Source of the DNA: Clostridia bacterium
GTDB lineage: Bacteria; Bacillota; Clostridia; Christensenellales; UBA1242
Assembly: GCA_045596905.1 (NCBI GenBank)
Contig: JAZODG010000016.1
Coordinates: forward strand, 1-59,184
Length of the DNA: 59,184 nt
Direction: 5' to 3'
Shown: piece by piece, positions 46,538 through 56,406 of the stretch
Layout of the letters: every line of letters begins with the position of its first letter
Position numbering within the stretch: position 1 is the stretch's first letter
The notes under the pieces: model-generated
What the model was told of the DNA's origin: nothing
The model's input: only the letters and a program-made list of their open reading frames with translations
The model's database searches: none
Position numbers and translations under genes: made by a program

Positions 46538-47553
46538 TGAAAGATTATAGCTCAATTGTTATGTCTAGCAGTGTTAAGCTTTTAAGAAACCTATCTGGTT
46601 TTAATTTCCCATCAACGCTTAATCAAACAAGTGGAATGGGTATTAAGGTTTTAAATAAACTTGCTGACAATATATTAAAGATTGATAATGAGTTTAAGAT
46701 TTACAAAATGTCAAGCTTGTCTGAGCTTGATATTAATATCATGCGTGAAAAAGGCTTGATTTCGAATATTTTGGCTGAATCAACCGACTTTGGCGCAGTT
46801 ATTTTGTCTGCAGATGAAGAACTTGCAATCATGCTTAATGAAACCGACCATATTGTTGAAACATACACAAAACAAGGGTTGTCATTGATTCAGGTATATG
46901 ACAAACTTAATGTGGTCGATAATCAAATTTTGTCATCGCTTGATATTGCATATGATGATGCTCTTGGATTTTTGACTTCAAGTTTAAATAAGATTGGTAC
47001 GGGTTTGACTGCAAGCATAAACTTGTTTTTGCCTGCTTTAACAATAACTGGCAAGCTTAAAAATGTTTTATCGGATATATCAAATCAAGGCTTTGAAGTT
47101 CAAACATTAAGCGACAATGTTCAAAGAGTTGGTGACTATGTTTGCACTATTTCAAACAGCCAAACAATAGGAAAAAGAGAATCTGATTTTATTGTTAAGC
47201 TCACTGAAATTTCAATACAAATTAGTGAAATGGAAATTCAAGCTAGAAAAGAGCTTTTGACCATTGGATATAAAGATGATTTGATTGACAGAGTTTATCG
47301 TGCGTGGGGAGTGCTTACAAATTGTTATAAGATAACAGCTCAAGATGCACAAAGATTGTTAAGTGATATAAAAATTGGTTTGGCAATGGACGTTATAAGG
47401 TTTAAAGGAACAGACTTTATTGAAAATCTTATGATTGATATCATGCCATATTCATTAACTAAAATTTCTGATTCAAAGGTGTCTGTTGCAGACCTTGACA
47501 AATATAGAGCAAAGTTTTTGGCAAACATTTTGAAGGCAAGAAGAATAAAATAG
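46537..47553 (+). CDS. mcsB: McsB-like phosphagen-kinase-fold protein (catalytic motifs degenerate)
   Basis: RNL.GF.FP, NETDH, G.LT...IGTGL.AS, ISN.QT.G, RA.G.L; position in the ctsR operon. Confidence 0.85.
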   Translation: MKDYSSIVMSSSVKLLRNLSGFNFPSTLNQTSGMGIKVLNKLADNILKIDNEFKIYKMSSLSELDINIMREKGLISNILAESTDFGAVILSADEELAIMLNETDHIVETYTKQGLSLIQVYDKLNVVDNQILSSLDIAYDDALGFLTSSLNKIGTGLTASINLFLPALTITGKLKNVLSDISNQGFEVQTLSDNVQRVGDYVCTISNSQTIGKRESDFIVKLTEISIQISEMEIQARKELLTIGYKDDLIDRVYRAWGVLTNCYKITAQDAQRLLSDIKIGLAMDVIRFKGTDFIENLMIDIMPYSLTKISDSKVSVADLDKYRAKFLANILKARRIK

Positions 47554-47565
47554 GGAGAAAATTTT

Positions 47566-49977
47566 ATGCAACAACAAGCTCAAATGAAGCGAATGGTTGA
47601 TAATGCAGTTGCATTTGCGAAAGCACTAGGTTCAAGTGTTTTGGAAACAGAACACTTGCTTTATGGTGTGCTTTGTGAAGAAAGTTCTTTGGCAGCGAAA
47701 ACACTTGGCTCCGTGGGTGTTTCAAAATCAACTTATGCAAAAGTTGTCAAAACATATAAAAAGGCAACAGTAAGTGCAAGTGACCAAATTATCTATTCAA
47801 AAAATGTGCAGTTTATTTTATCTAAACTTTATTCAAAAGACGGCGAAAAACAAGCTAATATTGAAGACGTTTTATTTTTCTTGATATCTAAAAAAGAGTT
47901 TAAGTCTTATATTATTTTAGCGTCGATTTTTAAGCTTGACATCTCAAAAATCTGCGCAAAGATTTCTAGTTCTCTGTTGTTATACTCTCAAAAGAAGACC
48001 GAAAAAAAAGTTAGTTACACTGACACGCTTCCTGCAGAGCTTAAAGATTTAGGTTTTGATTTAACAGCAAAAATGGCAAATAGTGATATGCCAAAAATCA
48101 TTGGAAGAGATGAAGAGATTGCTAGAACAATAGAAATACTTTGTAGAAAAACAAAAAACAATCCAATATTGATTGGTGAGCCAGGTGTTGGAAAGTCATC
48201 AATTGTTGAAGGGTTAGCTTTAGGAATTGTTCGTGGAGATGTTCCAGAGATTCTGCACAATAAGATTGTTTTCTCTCTTGACCTTGCATCGCTTATGGCT
48301 GGAACAAAGTTCCGTGGAAGCATGGAGGAAAAACTTAAAAAAGCTATTGATGCGATATTATCAAATCCTGACATTATTGTGTTTATTGATGAAGTTCATA
48401 TGCTTTATCAAGTTGGGAACAAAGAAGGTGAGATTTCGCCATCAGATATATTAAAACCATATCTTGCTAGGGGTGAGATTCGTTGTATTGGTGCAACAAC
48501 CATTAATGAGTATAAAAAGAATATTGAAAAAGACCCAGCACTTGAAAGAAGGTTTCAACCAGTTAGTGTTAAAGAACCAAATGTGAGTGATGCGATTTCA
48601 ATTATAAAAAATATTAGACCATCATATGAAAAATTCCATGGTGTTCAAATTTTAGATGAAGCTGTTGAAGCAGCTGTTAATTTGTCTGTTAGATATATCA
48701 CAAACAGATTTTTGCCAGACAAGGCAATTGACTTGATTGATGAAGCTTGTAGTAAATTAAAGATAAGTTTATCTGAAGCATCAGACGAAGTTAGAACTCT
48801 TAATAAAAAGATTTTGGAACTTGATAGAAGAAAGGCTGAATGCATCAAAGAAGGCAGAGAAGACTTTTTGATGGCAAATAAAATCAACCAAGAAAAAACG
48901 CAAATTTTAAATAAAATCTCAGAAATTCGCTCAAAAGAACTTCAAATCAACGGAAAAATCGCAAATGAGATCACTGCTGAAAATATTAGAGAAGTTGTTT
49001 CTGCTTGGACAAAAATACCTGTAAACAAGCTTTCATCAACTGAAAAAGAAATGCTTGTTAACCTTGAAAACATTATTGGTTCAAGAGTGTTTGGTCAAGA
49101 TGAAGCAGTTTCTGCTATTGCAAATGCAATAAGAAGATCAAGGGCTGATATTAATGATCCAAACAAGCCTATTGGTTCATTCTTGTTTTTGGGTCCAACT
49201 GGTGTTGGAAAAACCGAACTTGCAAAAGCTATTAGTGATGTTATGTTTAACAGTGAAGATGCAATCTTGAGATTTGATATGAGTGAGTTCATGGAGAGTC
49301 ATTCAGTTGCAAGACTTATTGGTGCGCCACCTGGATATGTTGGACATGAAGATGGTGGAGAACTCACTGACGCCGTTAAAAACAATCCTTATTCAGTTGT
49401 GCTTTTTGATGAAATTGAAAAGGCACACCCAGATATCTTTAACATACTTCTTCAGATTTTAGATGAAGGAAGACTTACTGATTCAAAAGGAAAGCTTGTA
49501 AACTTTAGAAATACAATTGTTATTTTGACAAGCAACAATGGTGTGCAAGAACTGATTGCTAGAAGAAAGCAAGAAAAAGCATCGCAATTAGCAACAAAAG
49601 TTTCAACCGATGAATTTTTGATGAATAAACTTCGTGATAAGTTTAAGCCTGAAATATTAAATAGAATCGACCAAATTGTTATTTTTGATACACTTTCAAA
49701 AGAGAGTGTTTTGAAGATTACAAACTTGATGCTTGATTCGTTTGTTAAAAGAGTGGCTAAAAAAGGTATTAGACTTGTTATTACAGACGCATGCAAAAGC
49801 TTGATTTGTGATAAAGGCTATGACGAAGAATATGGTGCAAGACCAATTAAAAAGGTTATTGATAAAGAAATTAAAGACATTTTGGCTAACATGATTATTA
49901 AAGGTGAAATTGGAGAAAATTCAGTTGTGAAAATTGACGCAGCTCAAAATAATTTTATATTTGAGATAATTTGTTAG
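47566..49977 (+). CDS. clpC: ClpC-type AAA+ chaperone
   Basis: GEPGVGKS, RFLPDKAIDLIDEA, short M-domain, GPTGVGKT, GAPPGYVG; last gene of the ctsR operon. Confidence 0.9.
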   Translation: MQQQAQMKRMVDNAVAFAKALGSSVLETEHLLYGVLCEESSLAAKTLGSVGVSKSTYAKVVKTYKKATVSASDQIIYSKNVQFILSKLYSKDGEKQANIEDVLFFLISKKEFKSYIILASIFKLDISKICAKISSSLLLYSQKKTEKKVSYTDTLPAELKDLGFDLTAKMANSDMPKIIGRDEEIARTIEILCRKTKNNPILIGEPGVGKSSIVEGLALGIVRGDVPEILHNKIVFSLDLASLMAGTKFRGSMEEKLKKAIDAILSNPDIIVFIDEVHMLYQVGNKEGEISPSDILKPYLARGEIRCIGATTINEYKKNIEKDPALERRFQPVSVKEPNVSDAISIIKNIRPSYEKFHGVQILDEAVEAAVNLSVRYITNRFLPDKAIDLIDEACSKLKISLSEASDEVRTLNKKILELDRRKAECIKEGREDFLMANKINQEKTQILNKISEIRSKELQINGKIANEITAENIREVVSAWTKIPVNKLSSTEKEMLVNLENIIGSRVFGQDEAVSAIANAIRRSRADINDPNKPIGSFLFLGPTGVGKTELAKAISDVMFNSEDAILRFDMSEFMESHSVARLIGAPPGYVGHEDGGELTDAVKNNPYSVVLFDEIEKAHPDIFNILLQILDEGRLTDSKGKLVNFRNTIVILTSNNGVQELIARRKQEKASQLATKVSTDEFLMNKLRDKFKPEILNRIDQIVIFDTLSKESVLKITNLMLDSFVKRVAKKGIRLVITDACKSLICDKGYDEEYGARPIKKVIDKEIKDILANMIIKGEIGENSVVKIDAAQNNFIFEIIC

Positions 49978-50046
49978 TGAAAAAGTTGTGTTTTATTTAT
50001 TTTTTCGTTTATAATAATAATAGAACAAGTAATGGAGGGTTAGATT

Positions 50047-50574
50047 ATGAAAATTGATATTGTTCAAAGAAATTATATTGCTAGAGATAAACTTATTGAC
50101 TTGATTAACAAAAAACTATCTAAATTTGAGAAATATTTAAGTGATGGCGCTAGTTCAAAGGTTGTTCTTTCTAGAGCTGGAAATCAAGATAAATATAAAA
50201 TGGAAATCACAGTTAAAGACGTTGGTCTTTTTGTGAGAAGTGAAGTTCAATCAGATAACATGTATGTTAACCTTGACACATGTCTTGCTAAAATTGAAAG
50301 ACAAGTTGTTAGAGTTGCTGGAAAGTATAAAGACAGCATCAAGAACGTTGATCCAATGGATTTGTTGTTTGCTGAAACTGTTCCAGAAGTTGAACCTGCA
50401 AAAATTGTTAAGAGAAAAGATTTTGAACTTGACATTTTGTCAGAAGAACAAGCTATTGACCAACTTGAACTTATTGGTAATGACTTTTATATTTATAGAG
50501 ACAATCAAACAAACCTTGTTAATGTTATCTACAAACGTGAAGATGGCAACTATGGTTTAATTGAAACAAGATAG
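50047..50574 (+). CDS. hpf: Long ribosome hibernation promoting factor
   Basis: KIERQ, EEQAIDQLELIGNDF, VIYKR.DGNYGLIE. Confidence 0.92.
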   Translation: MKIDIVQRNYIARDKLIDLINKKLSKFEKYLSDGASSKVVLSRAGNQDKYKMEITVKDVGLFVRSEVQSDNMYVNLDTCLAKIERQVVRVAGKYKDSIKNVDPMDLLFAETVPEVEPAKIVKRKDFELDILSEEQAIDQLELIGNDFYIYRDNQTNLVNVIYKREDGNYGLIETR

Positions 50575-50627
50575 GATTTTTTAAAAGGCATACTGGTTTT
50601 GTATGCCTTTTATTTTTTGGTGTTATT

Positions 50628-51611
50628 ATGAAAAATTATTTAGAAGCAAAAAATTTATGTTATGCGTATTACAAAGAACCTTTGTGTTTAAAAGACGTGT
50701 CATTCAGCCTAAAAAAAGGTGAAAAGTTGCTTGTTTTGGGTGGCGAAGGCATGGGAAAAACAACACTTTTAAAAACTCTTTCAGGTTTTGATGATAAGTT
50801 TTTTGGAGATGTTTTATTTGAAGGTATTTCGGTAAAAAATATTATGGATAAAGACAAGGGTTTTTCTATTATTTTTGAAGAACCAGTTTTGGCAAGGGGT
50901 AGTGTTGAAAAGAATATTGACCTTGCTTGTGATGTTTTATGCACTAAAAAAGATAAGGCTGAAAAAGAACTGCTTTTAAAAGACTTTGGTTTTGAACAAG
51001 ACTTAAAAACCAAAGTAAAAAAGCTTTCGCATATAGAAAAACTCAAGGTTAATTTTGCACGTGTGGAAATCAAACAACCAAGAGTTTTGTTTGTTGACGA
51101 TATCTTTAAAAATGTTAACCCTGAAGATTTTGATGAAATGTTTGGCCTTTTTAATAAAGTGTGCAATGACTCCACAGTTGTTTTTGTGTGCTCAAACAAG
51201 ACACTTAAAAAACATCATCAAATCATCAAAATGTTTAATGCAGATAAAGTGCTTTATCTAAATAACGCCAAAGGAACCGTATTTAACGGATTTAATGACT
51301 TTATTGATAAGAGAATTGACCTTGCTGTTATTGGTTACACAGATGAGTTCAAAGTTATTGAAGGTGCATGCTTTTTGCAAAACGGGGCTTATTTCTTTGT
51401 TGACCACACCGGTTTGCAAGTTAAACTTGATAAACAGTTTAATGAAAAACTTGATGCAATGAAGATTGATGAAATCGAAGGAGTTGATACCGTTTTCGTG
51501 CTAAATAAGGAATATAACATTGATTTAGCGAATAATAACGATGTGAATAAGGCACTGGCAGAAGGCAAACTTGAACTCTTCTTTAAGCTTGACGGTTCAA
51601 GAATCATATAA
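50628..51611 (+). CDS. Degenerate ABC ATP-binding protein (MalK/MsmX-like layout)
   Basis: Walker A GGEGMGKTT present; signature, Walker B Glu and H-loop degenerate. Confidence 0.7.
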   Translation: MKNYLEAKNLCYAYYKEPLCLKDVSFSLKKGEKLLVLGGEGMGKTTLLKTLSGFDDKFFGDVLFEGISVKNIMDKDKGFSIIFEEPVLARGSVEKNIDLACDVLCTKKDKAEKELLLKDFGFEQDLKTKVKKLSHIEKLKVNFARVEIKQPRVLFVDDIFKNVNPEDFDEMFGLFNKVCNDSTVVFVCSNKTLKKHHQIIKMFNADKVLYLNNAKGTVFNGFNDFIDKRIDLAVIGYTDEFKVIEGACFLQNGAYFFVDHTGLQVKLDKQFNEKLDAMKIDEIEGVDTVFVLNKEYNIDLANNNDVNKALAEGKLELFFKLDGSRII

Positions 51612-51683
51612 AATATTACAAAAAACATTGAAATTAGATTTTTTATTTGATATAATAGCAATTGATATTAAAAGGAGAGTTTC

Positions 51684-52097
51684 ATGGACTATTTATCTGG
51701 TAGATCTAACGGTGCAAATAATGACGGAAATGTAGATGTTCATTCTAAGTCGCACAAGAAACAAGAATCAAATTTTGTTAAACTTTCAAAAGCTATGCTT
51801 AATTGCTTAAGCTCTGATGAACACGCGACAATTTCTGAAAAATTCCTTACACCTGAAATTGTGTCTGTAATGCAAGATAAAGAACTTATTGATTGCATTA
51901 ATGCTTTTTTTGCCAATAATCTCAATATTTCTGAAACAAGCAGAAATGCTTTTCTTCACAGAAATACACTTCTTTATCGTATTGAAAAAATTAGTAGAGT
52001 AACTGGTCTCAATATCAGAAATTTTGATGATGCAATGACCTTTAAAATGCTTCTTATTATTTTTGAAAAGATTAATGAGAGATATTGGAGAAAGTAA
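51684..52097 (+). CDS. PucR/CdaR C-terminal HTH protein
   Basis: FF.NNLNISETSRNAFLHRNTLLYRIEKI...TGL. Confidence 0.85.
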   Translation: MDYLSGRSNGANNDGNVDVHSKSHKKQESNFVKLSKAMLNCLSSDEHATISEKFLTPEIVSVMQDKELIDCINAFFANNLNISETSRNAFLHRNTLLYRIEKISRVTGLNIRNFDDAMTFKMLLIIFEKINERYWRK

Positions 52098-52723
52098 TGA
52101 AACAGAATGTTTTGGAAATTATTAAAGCTGTTGATGAACTTTATGAAAATCCAAAATGTGAACTTGTTTTTTCTTCGAATTATGAATTGCTTGTTGCTGT
52201 GATTTTGTCTGCACAATGCACTGATAAAAGAGTTAATCAAGTGACAAGCGAATTATTTAAAGAATATAACACGCCAGAAAAAATGATTAAGCTGTCACAA
52301 GAGGAACTTGAAAAGAAAATCCATTCTTGTGGCTTTTTTCATAACAAGGCAAAACACATTCTTGAGTGTTCAAGAGATTTGATTGATAAGTTCGACGGCA
52401 AAATCCCTTCAGATAAAAAGACTCTTCTTAGTCTTTCAGGGGTTGGTGAGAAAACAGCGAATGTTGTTTTGGCAACTGCTTTTAATGTTCCTGCGATAGC
52501 AGTGGATACACATGTTTTTAGGGTGGCAAACAGACTTGGTCTTGCCAAGTCAAAAGATGTTTTGAAAACACAAAAACAACTTGAAAAGGTTCTTCCTAAA
52601 GATAAATGGATAAAATTTCACTATGCACTTGTGTTGCATGGTAGATATGTTTGTAAGTCACAAAGACCAAACTGCAGTGATTGTGCACTAAATGGTTTGT
52701 GTCAATACAAAAAGAGCAAATAG
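52097..52723 (+). CDS. nth: Endonuclease III
   Basis: LLVAVILSAQCTDKRVN, GVG.KTA, AVDTHV.R, C-terminal [4Fe-4S] Cys motif. Confidence 0.96.
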   Translation: MKQNVLEIIKAVDELYENPKCELVFSSNYELLVAVILSAQCTDKRVNQVTSELFKEYNTPEKMIKLSQEELEKKIHSCGFFHNKAKHILECSRDLIDKFDGKIPSDKKTLLSLSGVGEKTANVVLATAFNVPAIAVDTHVFRVANRLGLAKSKDVLKTQKQLEKVLPKDKWIKFHYALVLHGRYVCKSQRPNCSDCALNGLCQYKKSK

Positions 52724-54007
<1,284 letters not shown>

Positions 54008-54010
54008 TTT

Positions 54011-54304
54011 ATGTTAAATTCAAAACAAAGAGCAAAATTAAGAAGTTATGCTTCTTCAATTGATGCGACTATGATTATTGGAAAAGATGGATTGACAGAT
54101 AATATTTTAGAACAGATTGACAAACAATTATTTTCACATGAAATGGTTAAGGTGTCAGTTTTGGAAGGTGCTGAGGCTACAGCGAAAGATTATTTGAAAG
54201 AAACAGCAGAAAAACTTAAGGCTGAAGAAGTTTGCTCAATCGGAAGAAAATTTGTTGTTTATAAAATGTCTAACAAAAAGGGCATTAAGCATATTGAATT
54301 TTAG
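54011..54304 (+). CDS. yhbY: YhbY/CRM RNA-binding protein
   Basis: L.SKQRA.LR, IGKDG, HE.VKV, IG. Confidence 0.92.
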   Translation: MLNSKQRAKLRSYASSIDATMIIGKDGLTDNILEQIDKQLFSHEMVKVSVLEGAEATAKDYLKETAEKLKAEEVCSIGRKFVVYKMSNKKGIKHIEF

Positions 54305-54313
54305 GAGACTATC

Positions 54314-55045
54314 ATGAAACTTGTTTTGATTGGTGGTGGAAGTTATGGTGCTGGCGAAGACAAAGAATACAACTTAAAACGTATTGATGAAAAAGTTGTT
54401 AAAATGTCTGGCAAGGCGCACCCAAGACTGCTCTTTATAGGGTTTACTATAAAATCGAACTATTACTATTCTTTTATCAAAAAATGCTATATGCAACTTG
54501 GTGTTCAATGTGAGTATTTGCATTATGATGAATTTGAGAACACGAAGACAGTTGATAGCAAGTTTAAGAGAGCTGATATTTTGTATTTGGGTGGTGGAAA
54601 CACTTTGCTTTATATGAATCAAATAAAGAAATATGGGCTTGATAAAAAAATATATGAGCATGCAAATCAAAATAAAGTTATTGTTGGTTTGTCTGCTGGG
54701 TCTATTATCTGCAGTGCTTGTGGTTGTTCAGACTCAAGAAAATATAAAGAACAAATCAAATATACATGTGTTAAAGGTTTATCTTTAATTGATATAGTTT
54801 ATGCGCCACATTATTCTGAGTCAGAAAGACCAAATGATATGGTAAGATTTTTAAAGTATAAACCAAGCAAGACAGCTATTTGTTGTGATGAATGTGCAGC
54901 GCTTGTTGTTGACGGGGAAACATTTGATGTGATAAGTTCAAATGAAAAAGCAAAAACTTTTAAAGTGTTTTATAAAGACAAAAAGCTTGTAACTCAAGAA
55001 CTTGTTTCCGGTGGAAATGTTTTTGACTTAAATAAAAAACAATGA
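54314..55045 (+). CDS. Peptidase E (S51) family protein
   Basis: IGGG, YLGGGNT, GLSAGS nucleophile elbow, PHY. Confidence 0.88.
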   Translation: MKLVLIGGGSYGAGEDKEYNLKRIDEKVVKMSGKAHPRLLFIGFTIKSNYYYSFIKKCYMQLGVQCEYLHYDEFENTKTVDSKFKRADILYLGGGNTLLYMNQIKKYGLDKKIYEHANQNKVIVGLSAGSIICSACGCSDSRKYKEQIKYTCVKGLSLIDIVYAPHYSESERPNDMVRFLKYKPSKTAICCDECAALVVDGETFDVISSNEKAKTFKVFYKDKKLVTQELVSGGNVFDLNKKQ

Positions 55046-55074
55046 TTGACATTGTTATAAGTTTGTGCTAAAAT
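55046..55074 (+). promoter_or_regulatory. Sigma-A promoter of pheST
   Basis: TTGACA-N17-TAAAAT with extended TG. Confidence 0.75.
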
Positions 55075-55087
55075 TTGGCTATGTTTT

Positions 55088-55324
55088 AAAAGCTATGAAG
55101 GTGATTTAGTAGTTTGCAGGAAAGTTTTAGAGAGTCTTGTCTAGGCTGGAAACAAGATAACGGAACTGCAGATGAATTTCGGCACCGGAGCTGGATATAG
55201 AAATATATTTCGCGATAAAGCTGCGTTATGCTTAAATAAGGTGACAAAAATTTGTCATAAAATAAGGTGGTACCACGCAAATCTCTCAGCGTCCTTATGA
55301 TTAAGGACATGGGAGATTTTTTAT
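55088..55324 (+). ncRNA. T-box riboswitch (Phe specifier UUC)
   Basis: AGTA, AGAGA and GGCTGGAA stem I elements, GAAT-TTC specifier at 55178-55180, T-box AAGGTGGTACCACG at 55264-55277, terminator ending GGGAGATTTTTT. Confidence 0.92.
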
Positions 55325-55357
55325 TAAAACGCAAAATAGAACAAAAAGGAGCGAAAA

Positions 55358-56392
55358 ATGGAGTTAGAAATTATAAATAACACCGAAAAAGAGTATGATG
55401 AAGACTCATCAAAAATTGAAAACTTAAATGAATTAGAAAATTTAAGACTTAAGTATTTAGGTAAAAAGGGTATTATTACCGACATTATGGCAAAGTTTAG
55501 AGAAGTTCCACAAGAACAAAAAAGAGAATTTGGTCAAAAGGTTAATGCTCTTAAAAATAAGATTGAAGCATCAATTGAAGAAATCAAAGCAACACTTGCA
55601 CAAAAGGCTATTGATGATGAAATCAAAAATACAAGAGAGTTTGACTATTCTTTGCCAGTTGACACAAAAACTGGTTCATTGAATCCAAGAACAATTATTC
55701 AAAAACAAGTTGTTGATATTTTCAAAAATATGGGATTCATTGTTGAAGATGGTGCTGAAGTTGAAACAGAATATAATAATTTTGAATCAGTAAATGTGCC
55801 AAAAAATCACCCAGCAAGAGATATGCAAGATACTTTCTGGCTTGACAATGGTCAACTTTTGAAAACTCAAACTTCTGCTGCACAAAACAGAATTTTGAGA
55901 GATTATGGTCCAGTATGCAAAGTTATTTTCCCTGGAAGAGTTTTTAGAAATGAACAACTTGATGCTAGACACGAAAATACATTCTTCCAATTAGAAGGTG
56001 TTGTTGTTGGAAAAAATGTTACAGTTGCAAACCTTATTTACTTTGAAAAAGAAATGCTTAAAGCACTCTTTAAAAAGGATATTGAAGTTAGACTTCGTCC
56101 AGGATTCTTCCCATTTACAGAACCAAGCTATGAACTTGATGCAAAATGTCCATTCTGTTCAGGAAGGGGTTGTCACACCTGTGGAAACTCTGGTTGGCTT
56201 GAACTTTGTCCATGTGGTATGATTCATCCAAATGTTTTGAGAATGGGTGGTATTGATCCTGAAGAATACAATGGTTTTGCATTCGGTATGGGTTTTGACA
56301 GACTTGTTATGATTAGAACAGGTCTTGATGATATTAGACATTTAAACAGTAATAATTTAAAGGTTATGAGTCAATTTAAGACAAAAATGTAA
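55358..56392 (+). CDS. pheS: Phenylalanyl-tRNA synthetase alpha subunit
   Basis: HPARDMQDTF, GRVFR, FFPFTEPS, GFAFGMG.DR. Confidence 0.98.
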   Translation: MELEIINNTEKEYDEDSSKIENLNELENLRLKYLGKKGIITDIMAKFREVPQEQKREFGQKVNALKNKIEASIEEIKATLAQKAIDDEIKNTREFDYSLPVDTKTGSLNPRTIIQKQVVDIFKNMGFIVEDGAEVETEYNNFESVNVPKNHPARDMQDTFWLDNGQLLKTQTSAAQNRILRDYGPVCKVIFPGRVFRNEQLDARHENTFFQLEGVVVGKNVTVANLIYFEKEMLKALFKKDIEVRLRPGFFPFTEPSYELDAKCPFCSGRGCHTCGNSGWLELCPCGMIHPNVLRMGGIDPEEYNGFAFGMGFDRLVMIRTGLDDIRHLNSNNLKVMSQFKTKM

Positions 56393-56406
56393 GGAGACAG
56401 AGAAGA

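Noticed and set aside
55086-55334. 82-aa minus-strand ORF
   Set aside because: It is antisense to the Phe T-box leader; spurious.
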